Shown: positions 12,101-24,216 of the stretch, one piece after another
How the letters are laid out: the number at the start of each line of letters is the position of its first letter
How positions within the stretch are numbered: the stretch's first letter is position 1
Assembly (NCBI GenBank): GCA_038496445.1
Contig: JALMLS010000637.1
Coordinates: 62,001 to 126,000 of the forward strand
Source of the DNA: Trichosphaerium sp. ATCC 40318
Taxonomy: Eukaryota > Protista > Tubulinea
Direction: 5' to 3'
Length of the DNA stretch: 64,000 bases
Position numbers and translations under genes: made by a program
The notes under the pieces: generated by a model
What the model saw: only the letters and a program-made list of their open reading frames with translations
What the model was told of the DNA's origin: nothing
Database searches by the model: none

Positions 12101-15100
12101 ACGGTGAAAAGGTACTTGTGTTCTTGTTTTTTTCTTGCGATTGTGATTCAACTCTTTAAATAGATCCAACTAGAGGATGTAACAGAAACTACACATGAAA
12201 ATGTTGAATGTTTTACAATTGGCGACAAACTAGTGTATGCGCATAATCCAATGAACGTACAAACGCTCCTGAAATTGGCTACACAAAAAACCCCTAAAGA
12301 GTATCCTTGCTTGGAAAAGATTACAATTCAAGATACAACAAGCACGGATGGCACAAAAACTGTGTACAGCCACGAAAGGGAACATTTGGAAGTAAAAAAA
12401 GACTTGCAACTATGCATTTTTTGTTCTGAAGATGTAGCACGTTTGTGTGGCTCCAAACAGAATCTGAAGGTGAGCATATTTGGAGATAGTAAAAATACAC
12501 AAGGATGTGGCCTGGCTGAAGGACAAGCAATAATGAATAGTACGTGATAGCTTTTGGTTATGCTTTTTCTAATTGTTGTCAGGCTGTCTGTACCAATTGA
12601 TGAATGTACCACATAGATACAAGATTATTTACTTGGAATACAATGGCTGTAGAAAGAAATTAACCATAACTAGAAAAGAATTCAGTAATATATATGCTGA
12701 TGGTACAGCATCAACAACTGTTATTGAACTTACAAATTTACTAGCATGTGAATTATTTGGACTCGGAATAGTTCAAATAGACTTCAAAAGTGATTCCAAG
12801 TTGTTTCTGATAAAGTATAGCCAATATATACACAAAGCAACTTACACTGTTGTCAAAACCTTTAACTTGTATACAAAGAATATTCATGTAATCTACCGTG
12901 ACGTAAAAAAAAGCATACCTATTGATTCATCTAATGCACCACGCAGTGCAGGTAACTTCAATAGTTTAGTTCCTTTCTGACCTTACATGTAGTTTCTAAG
13001 ATATTTGGTTTGGATAGCAATGCAAGGTTGAAGAAAGACAGCATTCACGGTATAGATGTTAGGATGTTCGAACAATTTGTGGATGGCGAAACATACTGGC
13101 TTGATGCTGGAATCAAGCGCATTACTGTAGTATTCAGAGCCGTAACTAAAAGTGTAGATGTTATGCGTACAGACAGAGTGATTAACAAAGGCAAGTGATA
13201 GTACTTGTGCGTTCGATTTCAGTGCTTACAATATACAGTCTCAGAAGCATTTGCATTGACAACACAAATATTTACTCTTAGAGACGAAAGTGGTACATCA
13301 ATTGTGTACTACGATCAGGTGGTGGATGGAAACAGTTACTTTATTGATGGAATCAAACTTATTACTGTAAGATACAGAGACATAACCAAAACTGTAGAAA
13401 TTCTGCAAAGAAGTAAATGGCTTGATAAAGGTAAGTAGTAGCTTTGTAGTCTGTTTAATTTACCCATACAATACAGTCTCGAAAGAGTTTAGGTTGACAT
13501 CAAGCAATTTCACTCTACTGGACAATAACGGTGATGCCATCGTCTATTATGACGAAGTGGAAGATGGCAAAACGTACTTGCTTAACGATGGTATCAAACG
13601 CATTACTGTAAAATACAGAGGCATGACTAAGGCTGTAGAAATTGTACGAACAGGTAAAATACTTGACAAAGGTATGTAATAGCAGTTGCAGTTGTACTCT
13701 GTTTACCGGTGCTTACTTTAAAATGCAGTTTCTGAAGAGTTTGGGTTGACAATAAATACTTTCACTCTTAGAGACGGGAAAGGCTGCCCCCTTTCATACA
13801 ATGATTACGATAGTATTATTGAGTACCAAACATACTGGCTTGATGATGGCATCAAGCGCATTACAATTAAATACCAAGGAGTAGACAAAAGTATTGACTT
13901 TCAATCCAATATAACAGCTGCTAAAAAAGGTATGAAAAAGGATAGTTTTACTTGTATCAGGACTTACTTTGCATACAGTTTCTGAACATTTTGGGTTGAG
14001 TAAGAATACATTTACTCTTCTAGACAATAACGGTGTATCTATCGTACACTATTACGATGAAGTAGAAGATGGCAAAACGTACTTTCTTGACGATGGAATC
14101 AAATTCCTTAAGATTACCTACAGAGACGAAACAACAACTTTAACAATTGGACGAACAGATAAATTGCTTGACAAAGGTATGTGATAGCAGTTGTACTCTG
14201 TTTATTTACCAGTGCTTACTTTATAATACAGTCTCTGAAGAGTTTGGGTTGACACTGAACACTTTCACTCTTAAAGACAACAGTGACTCACCGCTTTTAT
14301 ACTATGATGACATTATAGATGACCAAACATATTGGCTTGATGATGGCATCAAGCACATTACAATTAAATACAGAGATATAACCAAAGCTGTAGATGTTAG
14401 GCGAACAGATAAATTGCTTGACAAAGGTATGTATAGTGTTGCAGTTGCACATTTCGAGTTACTTACTTTACAATACAGTTTCTGAAGAGTTTGAGTTGAC
14501 AATAAATACTTTCACTCTTCTAGACAGTAACGGCGCATCAATTGTACACTACGATATGTTAGAGGATGGCAATATTTACTCTGTTGATGATGGAATCAAA
14601 CGCATTACAATTAACTACAGAGGCGTTGCTAAGGTTTTAAATGTTGTGCGAACAGATAGCTTGCCTGAAAAAGGCATGGATAGCTTTCCTCTTTTTATTT
14701 CGAGTTACTTACGTTACAATACAGTTTCTAAAGAGTTTGGGTTGACAAACACCTGCAGCCTTTGGGACAACGGTCGTAAGCCCATTGTACACTACGATGA
14801 GTTAGAGGATGGCAATAGTTACTTTGTTGATGATGGAATCAAGCAGATTACGATTAAGTGCAGAGACATAACCAAAACTTTAGATGTTGTGGATGACGTA
14901 ATGTTGCTCGAAAAATGTATTTCTTAATCTTTTATTTCCACTTCCTTATTGTAAGCTACAGGTTCTACAGAGTTCGGATTGACCAAAAATACTTTCAATC
15001 TTCAAGACAGAACTGGTGAAACAAAGAAGCTCCCTTTCTTGTTGGCACCTGGACAAACTTACTGGCTTGATAGTGGGACAAAAACAATTGAAGTAACTTA

Positions 15101-15532
15101 CTTTACTCGCAATAATCACGACATTGTACATAAGTTTGATGTAAGGTCGTCTCCCAGTTTGATGCAGCAAGGTAACCTTACATGTATTAGTTTTCTGCTA
15201 ATCAACGATTACTAGTTGCAAGTAAATTTAATATAAAGCATTTTTTTATAATCAAAGATAGAAATGGCAAAGTAATTGAGACCTATAAGCATGTATTTCA
15301 CGGTAGAAAATACCATATTGGCCAAGCTAACCGCAAACGAGATGTGTCGCAACTTGATAGTAACCAAAGTGAGCACTCCAACAAGAAACAGCGTACAGAA
15401 AAAGCACATAGTGCTGATATCAGAAAGGCAGAAGAATCTCCACACAGGTCCTCCTTTATGGCTCCCTTTGTCCAAGAGGACAATAATGAACATGATGCTG
15501 AAATGACAGAAGCATCATCTCAGCAACAATGA
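9113..15532 (+). CDS. Crinkler/RHS-like (CR) protein: P-loop NTPase, PD-(D/E)xK REase-like domain and C-terminal array of about 11 ubiquitin-like repeats (start uncertain; coding clear from about 9441)
   Basis: Spliced Walker A region PIMGLYYGC|GKSTF, then PLVIFVTR at the Walker B position, FLMAGHNP and AGHPKY (GxP). REase-like stretch KG|QLLEYVV...NPRTKS|ESMDFYL...IGFKMN|AEES...AIEKF. Followed by tandem repeats and a low-complexity tail ending at TGA 15530-15532. Confidence 0.65.
12993..15330 (+). repeat. Tandem array of exon+intron cassettes encoding beta-grasp (ubiquitin/PB1/CIDE-N-like) units
   Basis: Nine internal exons (12993-13190, 13239-13430, 13477-13671, 13729-13929, 13979-14176, 14232-14426, 14479-14673, 14725-14916, 14962-15171) of 192-210 nt, all multiples of 3 and all flanked by phase-1 introns. 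Consensus IKRITVKYRxxTKxVxV...DK|VSEEFGLTxNTFTLxDxxG...DGxTYxLDDG. Confidence 0.9.
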
Positions 15533-15818
15533 CTGTGATTCTGATGCAAGAGGGAATCTTTCAGGAAGTAAACCGAAACGACTAGTATATCGCTAAATAA
15601 AGATTCTGTATTTGGTAGTTTTTCTTTCACTAACCCAAAAACGTCCACTTGTGAGTTCAGCTTTGATGGCATTATAACTACACTTTAAGGTTGAAACCTT
15701 CATTTCTCATGCGACCTAAGTTTTGGTCTTTGGTAACTGTAAGGACTATCTACTCATAGTAGCTTCAAAGTAAATTACACTTTGTGAATTAGAGATCAAC
15801 TCTTGTTACGGTTAACTT

Positions 15819-17524
15819 TTATTGTTTCCATGTTGTTGAAGTTTCACTTGATTCTCTAGTTTTATCAAGGAGATCTTGAATAAAGACACCTTGAGCAAAA
15901 TCGGCACCATCTGGAATATCAGTATTTTTTACTTTTCCATCAACCATCGCTTGAAAGAAAAAAATCAAACAAACGTAATACCTTAGGTGAAAAAAAAAAG
16001 CAATGTAACGTACCTTCCTTGATCTTTTGAGCAAGTAAATAAGTACCACGTTCCCACACAGAAGCCATAGGTTTTCCTAAACAGAATTAAAAATATTGTC
16101 GTTACATATGTGTACTGTGTACACCAAAAAACAAGATTCAATGGCAAGTGAGAAAAAAAAGTTCAATTGACAATTGGGTTTGTTATGTACCATTGTCGGA
16201 TTCCATTTTCTCTAGGTGTTCCTTTACAAGCTTTCCGTCTTTGTCATAGCATTTAACAAAAGCTATAGGCTTTTCACTATAAAATACGGTTCCTTTAGAA
16301 CCAACAATAGTAATATCGATTGTTCTTGATCCAATATTTTCAGTAGTCAATAAAACATGTCCTGTAAAAAAAAAGTGTCACGTGATTTGTTGGAATTCAA
16401 ATTGGAAATTTGAAGTAGATAACCATTAGTGCAACGTACCTGGAATACCGTTTGGACCAAGAGAAAGTTGAATCGAAGAATATAAATCGGCTGTGACTGG
16501 TTTTGTTTCGGAAGAGTCTTTTGCAATAGGTAGCGGATCAGCAACTGAAGAGACTACACCACTCAGGCTTTTGACTGTATTCAATCCTGAAATGAATAAT
16601 ATACTATCTAACATATGGCTTCCAATAGCGCCTAATACGCCACCACCTTGCTCTTTATCAAACCTAAAAAAAAAATCAATCAAGCTAATTAAACAATAAT
16701 TTGTTGTTAATCGAATATGTCTTTTCAGAAGTGTACCACCAGTTCCATGTCTTTCCTGATAGAGGAAAGTGCACGTCAGCTCTAACAAGGCGTATTTCTC
16801 CTATATCGCCATTTTTAATCCATTCTCTTCCTTTTTGAAAAGAGCCAAGGAACCTTTCGTAATATGTTAGTTTTTTTTTGTTTTGTTTGACTAAAATTAG
16901 GTTTCTTTCTGTAAGGTTGTACCTGAGCTCGTGATCGATGAGTGATAATTGATTTGGATATTTTTTAGCTTCTTCTAACATGTTTTGGGCTTCTTTTACG
17001 TTAAGACTTGTCGGTTTATCGCACAATACGTTTTTTCCCTTTTGAAGTGCTTGAATAGCAAATTCTTCATGTGTTCCGGGAGGAGTGACAATAGAAAGCT
17101 TAAAAAACAAAGAAGTTAGGGAGAAAATCGACCAATAAGCGGAAAAACTTTCATTTCGTTATACAGGTTTATCTACAATTCATTCAAATGGCTTATTGCG
17201 CGGTTTTGAGGGTTAAAAGAACTTTATTCCGAAAAAATGGCTTCGTACCAAATCATAGTCGTTGTTATCAAGTAATTCGCTAAATTTTGAAGTACAGAAG
17301 GGTATACCGTGGGTTTGAGATAATTGTTTAGCCTTTTCCGGTGTTCTAGCCCACATACACGTAACTTCCCATCCAGCCTCTCTGAACCATGGCATTTGCG
17401 TCTAAGAAACGGTTATTAAAGAATTGACACTTTATTTGTAACAACGTACGCGAATACCCCATCCAGTACCCACAATGGCGACACGTGGTTTTTTCGCGCT
17501 TGAAGAGCCTTTTGCTGTTGACAT
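15819..17524 (-). CDS. GFO/IDH/MocA-family oxidoreductase (GFOD-like), multi-exon
   Basis: RVAIVGTGWG Rossmann motif, IVTPPGTH, VLCDKP, DHELR, GGGVLGAIGSHMLD, and C-terminal ADFAQGVFIQDLLD. Confidence 0.9.
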
Positions 17525-18553
17525 GCTGTTCTATTACAAAAATAAATGAAATCTCAATATGAATTCGTTGTGTTCACTGAACAATTTGCAAGCTCTACCA
17601 GTTGCATACGCCTACTCAATCAGGCCAAACTGTTCGCAGGTAATTGTTGTGATAATGTTGAGCCACCTTTCTTTTCGGTCAAAAGGAAATAGCAACATTC
17701 TTTTCAATGGTGTAAGTGATTGATCCTCTTGCAACCTTACAGTGCAATGATGAAAAGGAATCTCTGAAGTGCGCGTTCGTTGCCATTGAACAAGTGTTGT
17801 TTTGTAGTGTAAGTTTACATATAAGGCCCGGTTTCCAGATCGGTCCGGTTCGGGCCGTAATACCGTTTCTTTTTGAAATGACCGGATGTTTGATAACTTT
17901 GAAGCATTAGACCCCATTGTAAACAAACTTGTTGGTGCTGATGAAAAACTTGCTCAATTCCTTCTTTACCCATTACGGTCTTAGATTAATCACGTGATCA
18001 GGTATAGTTCGAACAAAAATACATCTCTGTTCGAAACGTCGTAAACTTCCTTGATTTCAGGCTGCCAGGCCTTAAACTTACAGTAGCTTGCAAACACTCA
18101 ACGTAGTGATGTTTTTTCAATCTCTCACGATTAATACCTTCATACGATTCTATATACTTATTGCGGTACAACTTAGATATAGCTATGCACCAAACTCCGA
18201 GGAGTCCTGGCTGTAAATCTTAACAATTATATAGGCCAAAACAAATCCCATTCGCTTTCATATTACCTACATGTAACGTAACACCAGGTACAAGTTGAAA
18301 ACTTTGTAAGCCCAACCTCGAAAAATTTCAAACTCACAAGGCGACCTTAAGGTCACAAAAAAAAACCATGTGAACCTCTGAAACAAAGGCTCCGGCTAGT
18401 ATGTTTTTAATTCTGCAACTTATTACAATAATGTACTCTATTGGAGGAAATTATTACGTCATGACAAAGAGGATACATCATTTTGAACAAAAGGCTATGG
18501 GTTTTATTCTTTGTTTTTTCTCGCAACACGTATTTATAAGTCTAAAAACATTT

Positions 18554-20411
18554 CTAAGCGGTTTCAAAGGTGTCAATGTGCTTTTTCCTTTTCAAAACAC
18601 ACATAACAGATACCAAAACTATTCCTAACGTACAACTTTAGGACAAAAGATTAGGAAGAAAAACAGAATACTGAGTACCAAGAAGAACAAAGATAGCAAG
18701 AACTGCTATAACAATAACAAATGTCTTTTCATAAAAAGGCTTCTTGCATCCCGTATTACCATATTCCTCGATAGCCGCATGTTTTGGGGCTTCACAAAGT
18801 TTGCATGATGTACTACCAATATTTTCAGTGTAGTATTGACCACTACACGCACGACATCCTTCACTTGTCCTGTAACATCAAAGTTAGTTGTTGCTACTGA
18901 TTTTGTTTAACTACCAGATTTGGCCTGGGTGGCAGTTACACACATCCTCGCCTTGTGGATTCTTTACTAAACCTGGATAACAACTCCAGCACATGAAAAG
19001 GTCGTTTTCGTGGCTGTATTTGTATTCAGGACAGGACACTTAGCAAAAAATATCAGAGAAATCAATGAGTACAAGGTCTTACAAGCGCAACCGAATGTGT
19101 TGCCTGAAATTTCAGGTTGTGTTACCGTATCAATAAGTAGAATATCTCTTCTCTTGATCTAAGAACAAAGAGTTAAAGAAGGCTTTGGGTTTGTAGATAG
19201 ATAACGTACACAATCGAAATGGTTGTTTGTGATTGATACACTTCCTTGCTTATCAGAAGAAGAATCCAAATTCGCAAATGTGTTGTTTCCATAGAATTTA
19301 TTGGAATCAATGGTCAGTGACGGGCTTGATAATGTTATACAACCTCCGGTATACTGTCGAGAGCACGCGTTTACTTTGTTGTTTATGAATTTTAAAGAAG
19401 CTCCATAAAAATCATAACTTCCAGTGTCTTCAAATACGTTACCATCCAAAATGACATGGTATGATTCTATATTGGATTTAATAGAAGTTAAGAAAAATGT
19501 GTTTTCTGTGCCTGAAATGTATTGGTCAGATCCTGAAAATGTTGACGCTATTATATTAAGGGTTGATGAAGGCTTTGCATAGGTTGTAAATAAACTGAGT
19601 CGTTGTTGGATTGTACAATTAAAGAGTTTGAGATTGATAAGATTGTTTTTTCCTGATAATATAAATATGTCACCTACACGTGATGAGTATACGTACAAGA
19701 AAAACAGAATAGTATTAGATGTAGCAAACATAACTAGCTAGTCGATCCATAAACGACAGTGATATGTCAAACAACAGAATTGACCCGGATTATAGACAAC
19801 AAAAAAAAAAAAAAAAAAAAGTAATCACGCACTATAGAAGAGAGTTACTAAGGTGGAATGAGAAACAGTCAAATTAAGACTCGATTCCTTGTTTAAAGAT
19901 TTTCCCAATAAATTAATATCTTCGAATCCTTCAACCATCAGAGACGTATCGTTGTACAAAAACTAAACAAACAACATTTAGCAATTTGATTTCACAGATT
20001 TATTTGTACATACCTTGATGGTATCGTATACCTTTCCTCCTGATCCAGTCCAATCCATGTACCGAATTACCACTGTACCTTTAAAAGCCAACAAGACAAA
20101 CTTGTTCGTGTTCGAGGGAACGTACTCTCCGCCTATTTTCGTTGTTACAAACTCAGTTTAAACTATCGTATACCTGCAACGCATATAGTACAGACCGTAG
20201 AAGAGCATAGAGATGTCCTATTTAATGCTTGGTGTATAAATCCGAAAGGAGACGACATAGACCCAGTCTTAATCTCTTGTTAGGTTGTAAAATACAATGT
20301 TTAATGGCAGCGTACGTTGTTAGTATTGTAGTTTGGGGCGACATAGATATCACACGAAGCTACGACACGACCGAAAATAAGTATAGATAGTATAACTATG
20401 AGCAGGTGCAT
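18554..20411 (-). CDS. Type I membrane/surface protein with pectin-lyase-like beta-helix region and Cys-rich stalk
   Basis: Signal peptide MHLLIVILSILIFGRVVAS, then IYVAP motif, Asn-rich parallel-beta-helix-like repeats (LDGNVF, FINNKV, IDSNKF, ITNNHF), CxxC stalk, and hydrophobic segment FVIVIAVLAIFVLL...VMCVLKRKK. Confidence 0.65.
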
Positions 20412-20679
20412 TGATAGTGATATGTGTTGGGTAATGTTCAGTGTAACAGTGAACATAAAAATTGAAAAAATAAAAAAAAAACATCAGTCACGTGGAATGT
20501 GGCTGAATTGTGTTGTTAGATTTTTAAGGGTAGATAATACAATAAAGGTACACTCGTTTAAACAATCATGTATTTGGGTAGTTCAAATAATCATTTTAAC
20601 GCTTTATAGTCCAGGTACACTTGTATTAGTACAACGTTTTAAGAGTATGCATAACCTGCTGGACACGCGGATAAAAAAT

Positions 20680-20872
20680 TGCCAATTTTCGGTGATAATT
20701 GCAACTTGCAAGTTACACAAACAATTTATTGAAACCCAAAAGGGTAAAAACAATATGCTGCTCATGTATGTTTGGCTAAACAGATAACATTGATTGTGTA
20801 CTCTTTTCACATCCAATGCGTGGGAAAATACTCTCCGTATGTGAACTATCACGTGCTTTTCAGGGTCCTTAA
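20680..20872 (-). repeat. Dispersed repeat, copy B (internally deleted relative to copy A)
   Basis: Reverse complement aligns to 7255-7321 and 7431-7467, lacking about 100 bp between them. Ends at GGGTCC-TTAA (20863-20872). Confidence 0.8.
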
Positions 20873-21146
20873 GTTTGACTTCAATCCGACACAAATTGAG
20901 TCATTTGTCCTTTTTTAAAATGTATTTCGTAGGTGCAAATACGGCTTGTGCACTCTTTAACGCGTCAACAGTGTATCAGTGGGTTTTTGTACAATCCGGG
21001 AAATGTTAAAAATTATAATGCACAGTTTGGATAGCAAGTGTTATAAAACGTTTCTTTACGCGTAAAAAAGAGTATTGGGAGGTTAGAAAAAATGGTTTAA
21101 ATCGAACAATTCCTTCGCTGTGTTTTCATTTTACATGCTTTGCCAG

Positions 21147-23012
21147 TCACATGTCCTTCCTATTTTTTACTTTTGTAGTTTTCTTTCGTCTTGGCGGTGG
21201 ACATAATGACATAAGTAATAGTCCAATACACTCTACGAACGAGTATCGTCGTGGTTGCTTCAAAGATATAATTTCACGAGCTTGCTTTTCGTTTAACGCC
21301 TTAAGATCCCTTACAACCAAGTTAAGTCGCTCTAGTTCTGATATAGGTGATGCAGGTAGAACCAACTTGAACGATCGTGTGGTAAAAGGCAGTATACCAC
21401 TAAACAAAATCACTGCTTCTTTTGCCTATGACGATAAGAAAGCAACACGTGATGAGATTTAATACAAAAAAACCCAAAAGGTACTTTGAGAAAATACCTT
21501 ACTGTTCACAGTCATTGTGGTTCCCTTCTCTGGTGTTTTAACTGCAATATTGATAAGGCCTTGAAGATCTTTATGCGTTTTAATGATGTGATCTGATGCT
21601 TTAACCAAATCTTGTCTTGAAAACAGCTTTTCGTAGACAACATAGTCTCTATATCACGTGATTAGTTAATTTAGGTATTCTTGTTAAAATATGAGCCGCA
21701 CGGTAGTAATTCTATACGTAGTGATGTCCCAGCAGCGTTTGGAGTAAGTATAATCCTTTTCCCTTCTAGGAGGACGTTGTAAGGTTCGCTTTTAGCCATT
21801 TTCGAATTGGGAAAAAGAGGGAATAAAATTGGTTGAAGTACTTTGACAATAAAACCTTCTTCTACAGTTGCTGTACTGGAGTTAACGATAATCACAATAT
21901 TAAGGAGTAAGACAAATGGTTCCGTAAAAGATAGGAATAGTTGGGAAGGGTAGAATTCCGAAGCTTCCTAAAGAGAAAGTTACAAATAAAGAACATGGAA
22001 TATGGCTTCATACACCTGTGTTGCTATTTTTCAAGTGCACAAATTACTGTGACAATGAACAACTTGTACTGAACTTCTGTTATTTTTATTCACATACAAT
22101 ACCAGATGAGAAAAGAAACATGTTTCCAATAAGTGCAGCCCCATCCCCACCAAGAAAACCACACAAACCGTATGAAAGAAAGGCATTTAAACCAATAATT
22201 TTACCTCTGTGTGATGAGGACAATGATGATTCAGAATCACTGATAACAACAATAAAAGGGTATTCATTACCATCTACTTTAACACGTGCGATCTGCTTTG
22301 CTTTATCATTTACTGAACCAAGAGCAATGAAGTCAATAAAACCAAACCTGTTGACACCTTGCAGAATAAAGTGATTTGGGTCATCCTTAACAAAATCATA
22401 GTCAATACAACGCAATTGTGTTCCATTAGGTATGATAGGCATATAGCTTCTTGTCCATTCTCCCCTTGGTGTTTCTACAAATGAACAACCTGTAGACATA
22501 GCTGATATCACACCTGATCCATTGCCAACACTTCTACGAAGAAAGTCTCCAAGACGCTTTCCTTCGTCTTCAGCAAACCCACATTTAGAGTCAACCAAAA
22601 TAGCATCATATTTCTTATCTAATATTTCCTCGCCAACATCAGTAATATTAAGATACTCGCAATTAATACCAAGCTGATCATCATTTCACCTCTACCCGAT
22701 AGCGATTGTTAACGTACAAGTACTTTCCAACCTGTTTTCAAGTTAAAACGATGGAACATGAGCCTGAAACAAGCTACGTACACCCAAGCGCTTACAAAGC
22801 GTGTAATATGGTCGTTTAAGACCTAGATCTCGTACGCTAGACTCTGAAAACGTAACTGGGTAACGAGACGCCAGTAATTTTCTCCACAGGGTACGAGAGT
22901 GCGCTGCAAGGCGATTAAAGAACCACGACACTCTTTGTAATGCAGCCAATTGAGAAGAGTCAGCATTATCAATAATATGTTGCCATATCTCTGGTGGTAT
23001 GTTGTTTGTCAT
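21147..23012 (-). CDS. F-box protein with a class-I glutamine-amidotransferase/ThuA-like central domain, multi-exon
   Basis: IPPEIWQHII...LQRVSWFFNRLA...LWRKL F-box. Central region YDAILV...LGDFLRR...GSGVI...NHFILQGV...GKIIGLN...GDGAALIGN. The central fold call is tentative. Confidence 0.7.
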
Positions 23013-23734
23013 TAACTAACAGCAATAAAACAGCTTTGTACCAAGTTGACTTTCAGTGAAAGAGTTGATAGTTGTAAAAGGAGTTCATGCTTTTTTTTTT
23101 AGAGTTACTTTACTTTTATTTGTCTGCGTTGCTTAAGACGGCCCATTCTGAGACGGACATACATAGGTGCCTGGCAAGGGCTTACATTGGAGTTGCACCG
23201 AACGAGTTCAACGTGAGGGAGACTTTAAGGACGCCGCCTAGACGGACCCAAAGACTCAAAACACAACCTTGAAATAAATTCAGATCCTACCAAGTTCGTA
23301 TATGAGTTTTAGTGAGATAAGATTGAAGAAGTGCTGTGACACTCTTGTTTGTATTTTGTAATGAAACCACGTCTGAGAAGTACGAGAAAACGCACTTGAT
23401 CAAACTTGTTTAGCCTAGTTAATAATAAAGGGTGCTGGGGGCAGCTTGAGTTTGTTTGTAGTGATAATTGCCAGAGCTGATGAGGGCGATGTAAAAAGCG
23501 CCCTTGTAACTGACACGTGTGCCGTGTTGTAAGCGCACTTGAGAGTGCGCAATATAGCACAGTGAGCCAGGTCCCACATCAGGGGCATAGGTGGGTTGAC
23601 GGACCTTCTTTTACTTTATTTGATATTTGAGTGATTATGTTACAGTGTATTTGCCCGAGAAAAGAAAGGGATTTCTCTGAGAGGTCTCGCAACTAACACC
23701 AACAAAACCGAGTCATTATAACAACGTCGTTTCT

Positions 23735-23830
23735 CGAAGCGTATCTTGATTTGGCCATTCGAATGCCATTGTTTGGCCTCTCCACTCTTCTAATCGTCCT
23801 CAAAATTACATTGTGCCTTGACTTATTCTC
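23735..23830 (-). pseudogene. Decayed MORN2/YwqK repeat fragment
   Basis: Minus-strand translation VKAQCNFEDD*KSGEAKQWHSNGQIKIRFE with an in-frame stop. Confidence 0.65.
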
Positions 23831-24216
23831 CTTCACACCAACTCACTTTATTCCAAGTTCATACTCAATCAATACAATTCAAAAAACATACTTACATCCA
23901 AATATTGCTGAGGCTGAAATAGTTATCACCTTTAAATTCCCTCAATGAGGCCTCTAGGTCATGAATAATTGTTTTATTTAGATACATAAATTCAAAATCT
24001 CATCAAAATCATAACCACTGTTACATTACTTTGACGGCTTTTTCTGTCAACTGAACACTTCATAAACTACTTTTAAAAATGCAACAAATACCTTGAGCTG
24101 TGAAACCTTTTAAATAGATGATGAAATTCGCAAATTTTTTGTTCATAAGTTTTGTATTTACAAGTGAAATATTTTCACTAACACAGAATAGTACAATAAT
24201 ATAGCTTCACATGGCA

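Noticed and set aside
12993-15216. Regularly spaced repeats considered as a CRISPR-like or DGR template/variable repeat array
   Set aside because: Units are about 250-bp coding exon+intron duplications. There is no constant repeat/unique spacer pattern, no adenine-specific variation, and no reverse transcriptase or cas gene in the window.
23130-23260. GC-richer stretch with two TTAA(G)GACG...GACGGAC motifs, considered as an ncRNA or transposon end
   Set aside because: No recognisable snRNA or tRNA motif, and the motifs are direct, short and lack a matching inverted partner.
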